DNA from: Jimgerdemannia flammicorona
Taxonomy: Eukaryota
Length of the DNA: 64,000 nucleotides
Assembly: GCA_003990765.1 (NCBI GenBank)
Contig: RBNJ01000004.1
Coordinates: 1-64,000 of the forward strand
Reading direction: 5' to 3'
The notes under the pieces were generated by a model. That model was not told the origin of the DNA, did not search any database, and saw only the letters and a list, made by a program, of their open reading frames with translations. Positions 25,379 to 37,709 of this stretch are shown in pieces (position 1 is the stretch's first letter; each line of letters opens with the position of its first letter). The position numbers and the translations under genes were made by a program.

Positions 25379-27431
25379 TGTAAGTATACAATCTCTAAGC
25401 CACTGAAATTACATATCACTCTCTAAACAAATCTGGAAATTATATGTAAAATCATGAAGCTGAGTCAAACTGAAGTTACAGAGTACAAAGTTGAGTCAAC
25501 TTGAAGTCACAGAATACAAGATTTATACAAATAGAACCTTACTAATAAGGACTAAATATATATATACTGAGTACTCAGATATATTAAAATAGAGAACTAC
25601 AATAAATAAAATAAATAACTATAACTCTTAAACAATATATATAACCATGACCACTGAGATCTATAACTATATCTATGCTGACATTTGGAATACTATTGTC
25701 AACTGAGCTAAACTCTCTCTGTCTCTCATAAATATCCATAGTCTGGTACCCCTCTACTTTAGGAAAGCCTGATAGAATGCCCTGAACATACTTAGTAAGG
25801 CCCACCAAATTGGACAAATCTCAAGCTACTACCAGATTGGCTGCCTCTTAGAAGACATGGTTGAACACTACTATAATACAGATATTATTCAGATATCTCA
25901 ATACCAGAAACTCATTGCCTGCAAATACTAAGAACTCTTTTGTGAGTATAGTATCTTTATTCCCTATCTCTAAGTTACTACTGCTAAAATGGTTTCTACT
26001 CTATCCTATGGCCAAATTGATGATATGGTATAAAAACTCAACCACAAGTATATTGAGTATATTCAAACTACAGACAAAATCTTTCTATATCTCAATGACC
26101 ACATCCTACAAATGTTCCAAGTTGGATATACCATAAAGGATGTCTATAATATAATTTAGTTTGATAATAATAAAGCAGAAGATAATAATCTCTTTATGCT
26201 GATATGATCTTTGTCAAGGATTCTTGCCAATCTTGATCACTCTACCAATCTTATTAATAAACTTATAATAGTTCATAACCACCTATGAGACCTAATGAGA
26301 TAATGACCACTAATATGAGTACCAACCTACATTCATCTCCAACTACTTTAACTACAATGAAGAGACTGGAGAATATAATCTATATCTCCAAATAACTCTT
26401 GAGATCAAACTGACCACCCTATCTCCCAAGTATGAACAAAATGAGCAATAGCTACTAGTATACTATAACTCTGCAACTCATAGTACCATAATCTACAGAA
26501 GGTACACAGATAGTAAATCTGATAAAAGTGAAGACAATATACCTCTCCTTCACCCACCAACTCCTTACTCAGTATATAAAATAGATAATGCTATCCTGTA
26601 GGATAGTGATAAGGTTCTAATATATTATTATCTGAGTGAATAGGGAGAAGTAATCTGAGAACTACTCTTCCTAGATGACTACTTCATCAGAGATGATATT
26701 ATTGATAGTGATGTTATCAAAGACTACTCAGATAGTATTTAAATTTATAGATAGCCTAGCAGTTATTAGTATAGTTAGATTAGTCTTATATGATGTAACT
26801 GAAAACTAACTCAGCAGTTAGATGATCTCTTGATATATCAGTTTACACTTATATTATATAACTGTATTTTGACTCAGCAAGGTACTAAAGTGCTATATTT
26901 ATATTCAGTATAGTCTAGATAGCCTCTTATTAGTATAAATACCCCCTCTCCCAGACCTCAGAATCTCAGACTTGAACAGACAAAAACAATTCAAATACAA
27001 CTCCTGAATACTTTTCTACAATATCTCTTTATATAACTACTCCTAGTATAGTAATATTATGAATAGCAAATAAATCTATTTAATAATCTACAAATCACTC
27101 TTAAGTAAATCTACACCCTATTAGGTCTCACTCCTAACTATATTATGAAATTTCCTAATTAAGTATTGTCTGTAGCAATATGCCAATTCAACTAAGCTGG
27201 TCTTAGTTTTTTGAATTTTCTGAAATACAGAAAATCCTAAACATCCAGAATAAGTCTGAAAAAGGACTTTAGTTGAGATATTAACTCAATCTTAAAATCA
27301 ATAAGTATAGAGGATATACTCTATATGAAATTAATCTTAACCTAAAGAAAACAGTCTTTCAGAATATCTAGAACTTCCAGAAAACTCTTCCAGAACTATA
27401 TAATAGTACTTTTATAAGTAACTCTTTTACA
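25379..27431 (+). repeat. 5' LTR of B1 (about 2.05 kb) containing accessory ORF remnant 25647-26742
   Basis: TGTAAG...TTTTACA; homologous to 34358-36420 and 49988-52020. Confidence 0.88.
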
Positions 27432-27499
27432 ACTTAGTAGCAGTAATTTACAATCCAATTCTGCTTCAAAATACTTTTTCACCCTATTATAAACTTTTA

Positions 27500-30400
27500 T
27501 GAGAATTCCTATAGGTTGGTATAGAGCTTAACCTCTGAACTAGAATTTATCCTGAAGCATCTGATAATCTGGAGAGAATTTAATCTGATATATAAGGACA
27601 ATTTAATGTAGGATAGACTTCATCCACAAAAATAAGTACTCTAGTTAAATTAGCAAATAGGCAAAACTCTATATACTGAACTCCTTACTCTATACCTTGC
27701 AAGTCAAGATAAAGAAGGTCTTATAGAAACCTTCTTTACTCTTCTCAATAAGAGTTTTATTAGCTCTACAAATCTGAGTAATCTAGGATAATCAGCAACT
27801 AACTTCCTAGTCTTAGTCTCTTATAAAGCCTGAGTCTCTATAGCCAAGTAGCTCAACTCTACTAACTTTCACCATACCAGGACCAAGACTGCCTTATACT
27901 ACTACTTCTAAAATTACAAGGCCCACTATATTCTTAAAGAAAAAGTCAGAGAAACTCCCCATCTACAATCTGATCCCAAATCAGAAGTAGGCTTAGCTAC
28001 AGCTCTATCTGAATCCAAAACTAATACTGAATCAGATCAAACTCTTAAATTAAGTCCATCTGAAATCTGATATATAACTGATACTATCTACTTTAACACT
28101 GAGTAAATCCAATTATATGGGAACCAAACTGAAGAAGAGGAGAAGTATCTTAGTAAATTTGATCCTAGATATACTACCAAAAGAGACACACCTCTCTCAG
28201 GACAAAATATACCTATATAGCAACAGACTACTATCTATCAAGCTCTTACTCCAGATCTACAATAGTTACTCCAGCAACTTATACAGACTCAAAGAACATT
28301 ATCACACTCTGCACTAGTATCTCAAGTTATACCAGTAATACTACTATCAGTAGTTTAACTGCCTTCAGTAAACAATATAGTAAACTAATAGATTCTAGAC
28401 CTTATAGCCTAGGTAGCCATAATGGTAGCAACCATTACTACCTTAGCTAAACAGACCTGACCAATAAAAAATCTGAGCCTACCTACCTTCAATAGTACTA
28501 CACAAGAAGTCCAAAACTTTATTAGTATAGTTGATATCAATTTCAAAGCCAACCAATGGACCAACAAGCAAGTTGCTGACTGTCTTCTGATAAATAATTA
28601 AGACCATACTCTGGAACAACTCTTTGCTACTACTATAGTCTATATCCATTGAGTTGTTGTATTTTTCTAAGAATCTGCCAAAGAATGGTAGTAAACTCTT
28701 CCTGAAAAATCTCTTACATAAGACACCCAATCTGTAGTTATTGCTCAAAATGCAGCAAATAATGCCCTAGGATATGGAAATCATCCTACAGTCCCTGAAC
28801 TCAAATAACTCATAATTGCTCAATATCACAGTAAAATCATAATTGCTGAATCTTAAGTTAAACTCCACAATCTCAAATTTGATATATATAGCAAGGAGAA
28901 ATTCAAAATCTTCTATACAAAACTCAAGTCACTTATGAATACTATTGGTCTAGGATATATTACCAATGACAAAGCATGAAATGGTATAAGAGCAGATCAT
29001 TTATTTGATATACTACCTGAATGGCTTATAAGAAAGATTCAAGAACAAGAATGCCCAGTTGGTGGTAATTACCAATAATAGTGCCTAGCAAGAATCAAGA
29101 CTATGGTCAAGTGAATTCTGACAGCTAGACCAATTCTACCTCAAAGACAATTCAACAACAAAGAAAAAACTTAGATCAAGAAAGAAGAACTCAAGTATAA
29201 AGCATCTCAAGTACTCTCTACATCTATCTCTTGGATACCCCAAAATCATGAACCAACTCAGTCAAGTATCTTTGAAAAACTCACTAAAGGAGAAAGAAAT
29301 AAACTTTGAAGAAGTGGAGTATGTCTCTATTGCCAAAAGACAGGATATATAGCTAGTGTCTGCCCAAATCAAAAACCCCAAACAGCAATATGAGCAACTA
29401 TTACTACTCTATATTACCTCAATAATCTGACTACTAAAATACTAGACTTTGTCAGATTAAGGCAAACTGCCAAGGCCCCAACTAAAGAAAGTCAAAAAAT
29501 CAGCTAAATATGACTTATATATAACTGAAAAAGCTACAGTTTCTAACCAAGAAGTTAAGCAAGTCTATACAGAAATCAGTATTCAAATTCCTGAAGGACA
29601 TATTGGGAGAATATACTGCTATAACAGCCTAGCATTGAAAGGACTCTCAGTAGAAGGAGGAGTCATTGATGAAGATTACACAGGCAAAATCATTGTTCTC
29701 ATCTGAAACAATAGTTGGACATCCTTCAAGATCCCCATTGGTTTCTGTATCACCCAGATCCTATTCAAGAAAATTGAATCAATTCTAACAGTTAAGGAAG
29801 TCCCAGAACTACTGTCTATCATCAGAGGATCAAAAGGATTTAGCTCATCAAACAAGGTCTTAGTTCAGCCCACTATGAATAAGGAAGAACAATTCTATAA
29901 GAAAATTGAAGATGAATTTATACCAAGTGGCTGATACCTCCATGGTATTAGAATGTACTCTTCCTGAATGATTGACAATTACTTCTCTTGTGTCAACAAA
30001 CTAGTCCAAAGGAGAACTAATAGAAGAAAAGCTCCTATAACTGAAATCACTACTATTGGATCAGACTCACTACTTACAATATAAGCTTTTATCAATAGAG
30101 CACCTATCAAGATCATGATAAACAGTAGTATCTCAGGTAACTTCATCAATAAAAAAACAGCCAACAGACTTAAGTAGTTGCCACAGCTGATAGAACCTCA
30201 CATATTATTAACAAGAAAGTCTCTAACCTGCTCTTCTGAAATGGTGACTATCAAGTATATATTATACTTCAGATTATATCACTTCTTAATAATGAAATCA
30301 TTCTTGGGACTTTATGATTAAAACAAGAAAACCCTATAATTGATTGGGTAAACCACTCCCTAACCATCAAGAAAGGACACCACAACTTCAAACTGCAAGG

Positions 30401-33400
30401 TAAAAAAGACCCACTCAGTTCTAATAACTCTGGACCAAAGATTACCCATATCAATAAGCTACAACTTAAGAAATTGGCAAAGAAATGCTCTCTCTTTGCT
30501 ATCTCTATCCACCCATCCAAAAGAGAATCTAAAAACCTCAAATAAGACTTTTCTAAAGTTGACAGCCATGTCAGACTACTACTTTAGAAATTCTGAGACA
30601 TATTCCTAAAGAAACTTCTAAAAGACCTATTACTTAAATAAGCAGTAGACTATATCATCAAGACTATTCCAGATACTAAGTCTGCCTTTAAGTCAATCTA
30701 TCACATATCTCTTAGAGAAATTGATATACTTAAGAAAGAGATTGATGAACTTTTAAAACAAGAATTCATTAGACTCAGTATAGCACCAGTTCTCTTTATT
30801 GTCAAGAAAAAAAGAGATCTATAAATATGTATTGATTACCATAACCTCAATGAACAAACTATTAAGAACTATTGCCCACTACCTAGAACTGATGAAATAT
30901 TTGATAGACTTACCAACCCACAATTTATAAGCTCTTTTGACCTGTAAAATGACTATTGGCAAATTGTTATAAAGGAAGAAGACATCTACAAGACAGTCTT
31001 CTGAACTCACTATGGATATTTTGAGTTCTTGATTATACTCTTTGGCTTAACTAATGCTCCTGCAATCTTCCAGATACTGATGAATACCATCTTGTATCTG
31101 TATCTGGAAAAATTTATTATTGTCTATATTGACAACATCCTAGTTTTCAGCAAAACCCTAGAGGAACATCTTGAATATCTTGAACTAGTACTATTGAAAC
31201 TTTGAGAAAACTGACTCTTTACAAAACTTAGCAAATGTGAATTCCTTCTGAAGGAAATTCAATTCCTTAGATATATTATTATACCCAATAGAATCAAAGT
31301 AGACTCTAGAAAAATCTCTGCAATTAAGAAATAGCTCAGATCCAAGAAGCTGAAGCCTCTGGTTATTCCAAGGACTAGCAAACTATTACTAGCAATTTGT
31401 TACAAACTTTACCAAGATTACTACCACTCTTATCTAAATGACCAAGTATAATAAGAAGGAAGAATAGCCCTAGACTACAAAATAAGAAAAGAACTTTAAC
31501 AATCTTGTAAATTAGTGATCTAAATAAGATACAGCCTTTCAAGTACTGAAAGATATCTTAATAATCACTCCAGTACTTCAAGTGGCAAATTCTGTCCTAT
31601 CTTATGAAGTTACTACTGATACCTCTGACCTAGCTCTTGGAGTAGTACTCATACAAAAAGGATACCCTGTGGCCTACCACTCAGTAAGTTCAATGATGTT
31701 AAAATTAACTATGCAATTCATGAGAAGGAAATGCTAGTCATTATAGATACTCTGATCAAATAGTAACTATATCTAGAAGGAGTATACTTCACCATATTGA
31801 CTAACTATAAATTATTAATCAACATTAAGACCCAGGCCACTCTTTCTCAAAAGTAAGCCAGATGAATAAAAGTACTCACCAACTTTGACTATGAAATTCA
31901 ATATCACCTTAGTAAGGAAAATATTATTGCAGATGCAATCTCTAGACTATCAATTGAAGAAGTTATCTAAACTCTTACCTTGGTTACTAACTCTATTATG
32001 GAACAAATTATCACAGTATGTACTGATGATAAAGAAGCTCAAGTACTTTATAAAATTCTGAATAATAGTGATATTGATAAGCACTTCTAGTATCATTAAT
32101 ATCAACTAAAGGATAATACCATCTACTATAAGGACAGATTGTGTATTCCAAACAATTGAGACCTCTAAAAGACTATTCTATTTAAATATCATGATACTCC
32201 TACAGCTGAATATCTAGGATTTGACAAATATTATAAAGTTATTTTCTGAAACTTCTATTGGTCCTATATAGCTGATCAGCTAAAGACCTATATCACTTCC
32301 TGTAATATCTGTCAATACAATAAGTTCTCAACACTAGTAATATCTGGCCTACTCCACTCCATTCCAGTACTATCTGCTAATTGAGAACAAATCTCTATAA
32401 ACTTTATTGTATAACTATCCTGAATCAAGAATGAGAAAGATGCAATTATTGTCTTTATAGACTATCTCAGTAAACAAGCCCACTTTATCTCAACTACTAT
32501 TACTATAACAGCACTAGACATAGTCATACTCTTGTTTGATAACATCTTCTACTATTATGATCTTCTAAAGATCATTATTAGTGACCAAGATCCAAAGTTT
32601 ACTAACTACTTTTAGAAAGCTCTATATATATACCTTGAAACAAAACTTGTACAATCTACAGCCTTTTACTTTGAAACTAATGGCCAAACTGAAAGAATGA
32701 ACCAAACTCTAGAACAAATACTAAGGAACTATATTTTCTATAGATAAGATTATTGATATAAATATCTTACTATAGTTGAGTTTGCCTACAACAATAGTAA
32801 GCAAGTCTTTCTTGAAATAATTCTATTCTTTACTAATATAGGACAAAACCTGAACACCTCTCTGACACTTATCAGAACTACCAATGAACTCTCTACTATT
32901 AAAGCTATCAAAGAATTCTTACTCTGAATATATAATTTAAGCCAGATTGCAATTGAGAATTTATCTCAAGCTCAAGAATAACAGTTACAGTATATTAACT
33001 AGCACTGCTGAGAAGAAACTTTTGATATCAGAGAAAAAGTTCTATTAGATATCTGAGAATACCAAGTTGATAATCTCAAGTACAGACCATCTATAAAGCT
33101 AAACAGTAAATTCATTAGACCATTTAAAGTTATTGTACAAGTATCTCTAACTTTCTACAAATTGGCACTATTAGATACTATTAAGATTCACTTAGTCTTC
33201 AATGTCTAATGTCTCAAGTAATATAATGAAAATAATGACAAGCTATTTCTAAACCAAACCACAAAACTATCTATACCTATCATTATTAATAACTAAGAAG
33301 AATACAAAGTTGAACAAATCCTCAACAAATATAGCTACAAGAATCATTCAGAATACTTTGTTAAATAGAAAGGTTATCCAATCTATGATGTGATATAGGA

Positions 33401-33464
33401 ACCCAAGACTAACCTTCAGAATGCTACTGACTTAGTTCAAGAATATGATTCTTTAAATAACTAA
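27500..33464 (+). pseudogene. B1 polyprotein remnant: gag-knuckle-dUTPase-CPHG module-protease-RT-RNase H-integrase-chromodomain
   Basis: Knuckle CLYCQKTGYIASVC at about 29322. dUTPase at about 29440-29850 (GGVIDEDYTGKI, RGSKGFSSS). Protease MINSSISGNFI, RT YIDN, chromodomain YFVK*KGY. Boundaries approximate. Confidence 0.85.
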
Positions 33465-34357
33465 AACTGAACACTCTAGTACCTACTAGTTCTATACTAT
33501 ATATTACCCCTTTTGAATATTAAGTACTCTCATAATTATCATGAATGAAATCAAGAACTCAGCAAGTTAAGACAAAAGAATACCAACTCTCTAGAAAAAT
33601 AGCAAAACTGAAAGCCAGTCTATTCTCTCTATATTACTGGTAGGAAATAAGATATAGACATTTAAGAAGATTTCTTAGAGAAAATTCTCCAGCAGTGAAT
33701 GATATCAGAATTACTTCTGGTACAGCATCAAACACATGATCCTTTAATATATAAATTCAATATATTAGACAACTATACTATGAGCATGTCACTTTCTGAG
33801 AAAAATAGATGTTACTAGACTTTTGACTATCTAAATAGAGTAACAATGCTAGACTAAAATTAGAAGACCTTAATGAGGATATCAAAAGCTAAGAAGGAGA
33901 GAGTTGTAAGCACACAATTTTCAAGCCACCAAAATTACATATCACCCTCTGAACAAATCTGAAAATCATATATAAGATCATGAAACTGAGTCAAACCAAA
34001 GTTATAGAGCATAAAGCTAAGTCAACTTGAAGTCATGGGATATAAGATTTATATAAATAGAACCTTACCAATCAGGACCAAATGCATATATACTGAGCAC
34101 TCAGATATATTGAAATAAAGAACTATAATAAATAAAACAAACAACCACAACTCATAGAATGCTATTATCAACTAAGCTATACCTTCTTTATCTCTTATGA
34201 ATATCTATAGCCTGGCACCCCTCTACTTCATAAAAGCCTGATAGAATACCCTGAATATACTTAGTGAGACCTATTAAATCAGACAAATCTCAAGCTACTA
34301 CCAGATCAGCTGCTTTCTAGAAGATATGGTTGAACACTACCATGATATAGATATTAC

Positions 34358-36420
34358 TGTAAGCACACAACCCCCAAGCCACTGAAATCACACATGACCC
34401 TCTGAACAAGCCACCAAAATCACATGTGACCTCTGAACAAATCTGGAAATCACCTGCTCGATCATGAAGCTGAGTCAAACTGAAGTCACAGTGCACAAAG
34501 CTGAGTCAATATGAAGTCACAGAATACAAGATTTATATAAACAGAATCTTACCAATCAGGACCAAATACATATATACTGAGTATGAAGACATGTCGAAAC
34601 AGAGAACCAAAACAAACAACAACCACAACTTTCAAACATACAAATATGACCACTGAGATCTACAACTACATCCGCGCTGACATTTGGAATGCCATTGTCA
34701 ACCAAGCTACACCCCCTCTGCCCCTCATGAATATCCATAGCCTAGTACCCCTCTACTTCGTGGAAGCCTGATGGAATACCCTGAATATGCTTAACAAGGC
34801 CCACTGGATCAGACAAATCTCAAGCTACTACCAGATTAGCCGCCTCCTGGAAGACATGGTCAAACACCACTATAATACAGATATTATCCAGATATCTCAA
34901 CACCAGAAGCTCATCACCCACAAACACAGAGAACTCTTTTATGAGTATAGCACCTTTATTCCCTGCCTCTGAGTTACTACCAGCAAAATGGTTGCTACCC
35001 TATTCTATGGCCAAATTGACAACATGATACAAGAACTCAACCACAAGTATCTAGAATATATCCAGACTACAGACAGAACCTTCCCGCACCCTGATGACCA
35101 TATCTTGCAAATACCTCAAGTTGGATATATCATGAAGGACGTCTACAATATAATCTGATTTGACAAAGATGAAGCAGAAGACAATGATCCCTCTGACACC
35201 AATATGACCTCAAGCCAAGGATCTCTACCAACCCTGATCACACTGCCAACCTTGCTGATGAACTTACAACAGTTTATAACTACATATGAGACTTATTGGG
35301 ACAATGACCACTGGTATGAATATCAATCTGCATTTACCTCTGATTACTTTAACTATAATGAAGAGACTGGAGAACACAACCTATACCTTCAGACAACCCT
35401 CAAGACCAAACCAACCACTCCACCACCTGAGTATGAGTGACATGAACCACAGCTGCCAGCTTACTACAACCCTGCGACTCATAGTGCTGTAACCTATAGA
35501 AGATATGTAGATAGTGAAACTGATAAAAGCAAAGATGATGCACCACTTCTTTGCCCACAACACCTTATCCAGCATATGAGACAGATGATGCTATCCTGTG
35601 GGATGGTGATGAAGTTCCAATATATTACTACCTCAGCCAACAAGGAGAAGTAATCTGTGAACTACTCTTCCTGGATGACTACTTCATCAGAGATGATGTT
35701 ATTGATAGTGATGTCATCGAAGACTACCCAGATAGTATCTAAACCTATAAATAGCTTAGCAGTCATAGAATAGTTAGATTAGCCTTGTATGACATAACTG
35801 CAAACTGACTCAGTAGTCAGATGATCTCTTGATATGTCAGATCACACTTGTACTATGTGATTGCATTCTAACTCAGCAAAACACTTAGTGCTACATCCAT
35901 ATCTAGCATAGTTCAGATAACCCCTTACTAGTATAAATACCTCCTCCCCCAGACCTCAGAATCTCAGACCTGAACAATCTGAACACAACTCCTGAGCACT
36001 TCTCCACAATATCCCTTCACATAACTACTTCTAGTATAGCAATATTATGAATAGCAAATAAACCTATTTAATAACCCACAAACTACTCTTAAGTAAATCT
36101 GCTCCCTGTTAGATCCCACTCCTAACCCCATCACAAAATTTCCTAATTGGGTATTGTCTGCAGCTATATGCCAATTCAACTAAGCTGGCCTTAGTTTCTT
36201 GAACTTCCTGAAATATGGAAAATTCTGAACATCCAGAACTAGTCTAGAAAAGAACTTTGGTTGAGATATCAACCCAATTTTGAAATCAATAAGTATAGAA
36301 GATATACTCCATATGAAATTGATCTTGACCATAAGAAAATGATCTTCCAGAATATCCAGAACTTCTAGAAAAACCTTCCAGAACTACATAACAGTTACTC
36401 TAAAAAGCAACTCTCTTATA
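34358..36420 (+). repeat. 5' LTR of B2 (2063 bp)
   Basis: TGTAAGCAC...CTCTTATA, TATAAATA at about 35932, AATAAA at about 36057. Confidence 0.9.
34646..35742 (+). pseudogene. Accessory ORF (about 365 codons) inside the U3 of the family B LTR
   Basis: ORF pieces 34583-34771, 34787-34972 and 35204-35440 share one frame, separated by TGA (from CGA) stops. 35551-35742 follows after a 1 nt frameshift. Copies at 25647-26742, 50243-51344 and in the split B1 3' LTR. Confidence 0.78.
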
Positions 36421-36423
36421 ACT

Positions 36424-36435
36424 TGGTAGCAGCAG
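36424..36435 (+). other. Primer-binding site of family B, initiator tRNA-Met-like
   Basis: TGGTAGCAGCAG 3 nt after the LTR end. TGGTAGC is the usual start of an iMet PBS; tRNA identity is inferred. Confidence 0.7.
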
Positions 36436-37709
36436 TTTACAATCCAATTTTGCTTCAAGATGCTTCCTCACCCCACTACAAACCCTTCTGAGAATTCTTA
36501 TAAGTTGGTATAAAGCCCAACCTCTGAACTGGAATTTATTCTGAACCATCTGATAATCTGGAGAGAATTGAACCTGACATACAAGGACAATTTGACCTCT
36601 ACACCTATAACAAGTGGGACAAACTTCACTCAAAGAAAGAAGTACTCCAATTAAATCAGCAAATAGGTGAATCCCTATTCACCAAACTCCTTGCGCTACA
36701 CCCAGTAAGTCAAGATGAAGAAGGTCTTATAGAAGCCTTCTTTACCCTTCTCAATAAGAGTTTTGTCAGCTCCACAAATCTAAGTGACCTAGGACAACCA
36801 GCAGCAGTCTTTCTAGCCTTAGTTCCTCATGAAGCCCAAGTCTCTATAGCCAAGTGGCTCAACTCTACCGACTTTCACCATATCAGGACCAAGATTGCAT
36901 TATACTACTGATTCCAGAACAGCAAGACCTGCCATATTCTTAAAGAAGAAGCAAGAAAAACCCTTTATCAACTATCTGACCCCAAACCAGAAGCAGGCCC
37001 TGCTATAGCCCTACCCAAATCTGAAACCAATACTGAACCAGAACTTGACTTTGAATTGAGTCCATCTGAAATCAGATATATAACTGATTCTGTCTACTTT
37101 GACACTGAGTAAACCCAATTACATAAAGACCAAACCGAAGAGGAGGAGGAGTATCTCAGTGAATTTGATCCCGGATATACCACCAAAGGAGAAGCACCTC
37201 CATCAGGACAGAATATACCTATTGTGATGGTATAACCAGATTTAGAAGAAGGAAATAGGAAACAGACACTTGATTGTACCCAGTCCTAAAGTAGTATAGC
37301 CATATAGTTAGTAGTCCCCAATTTCACTATTTGCTAAATATTTTGCAAAGTGTTAAATGACTCATAATCTAGCCACATAACTCAGTAACCATCTCATAGC
37401 TATAAATAACCCAGTATCTTCAAGTGAATAAAACCTCAGATCAAAAGTGTTAGAAAAAAAGAACAAGTATACTGATAAAGGGACTTTCGGGATTACCTCT
37501 TTAAAACACATTTGGCCTCAAGGAACTACTGACTCTGGGAGTCAAGAAGACAAGAATTCAAGATAAAGAAATCTGATGTACTTGCCCATCTTAGCATCCA
37601 CTACATTACAACTTAGTGCCCATTGGCTGGTGATTCAAGATAAATCCCTCACTTTCAAGCTAAACAATGAATAATCGCAACAAGAACCCACACAACACAA
37701 TCAGACAAA

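Noticed and set aside
29440-29850. dUTPase as a host or viral gene insertion
   Set aside because: It is in frame within the retrotransposon polyprotein and present at equivalent positions in sibling copies.
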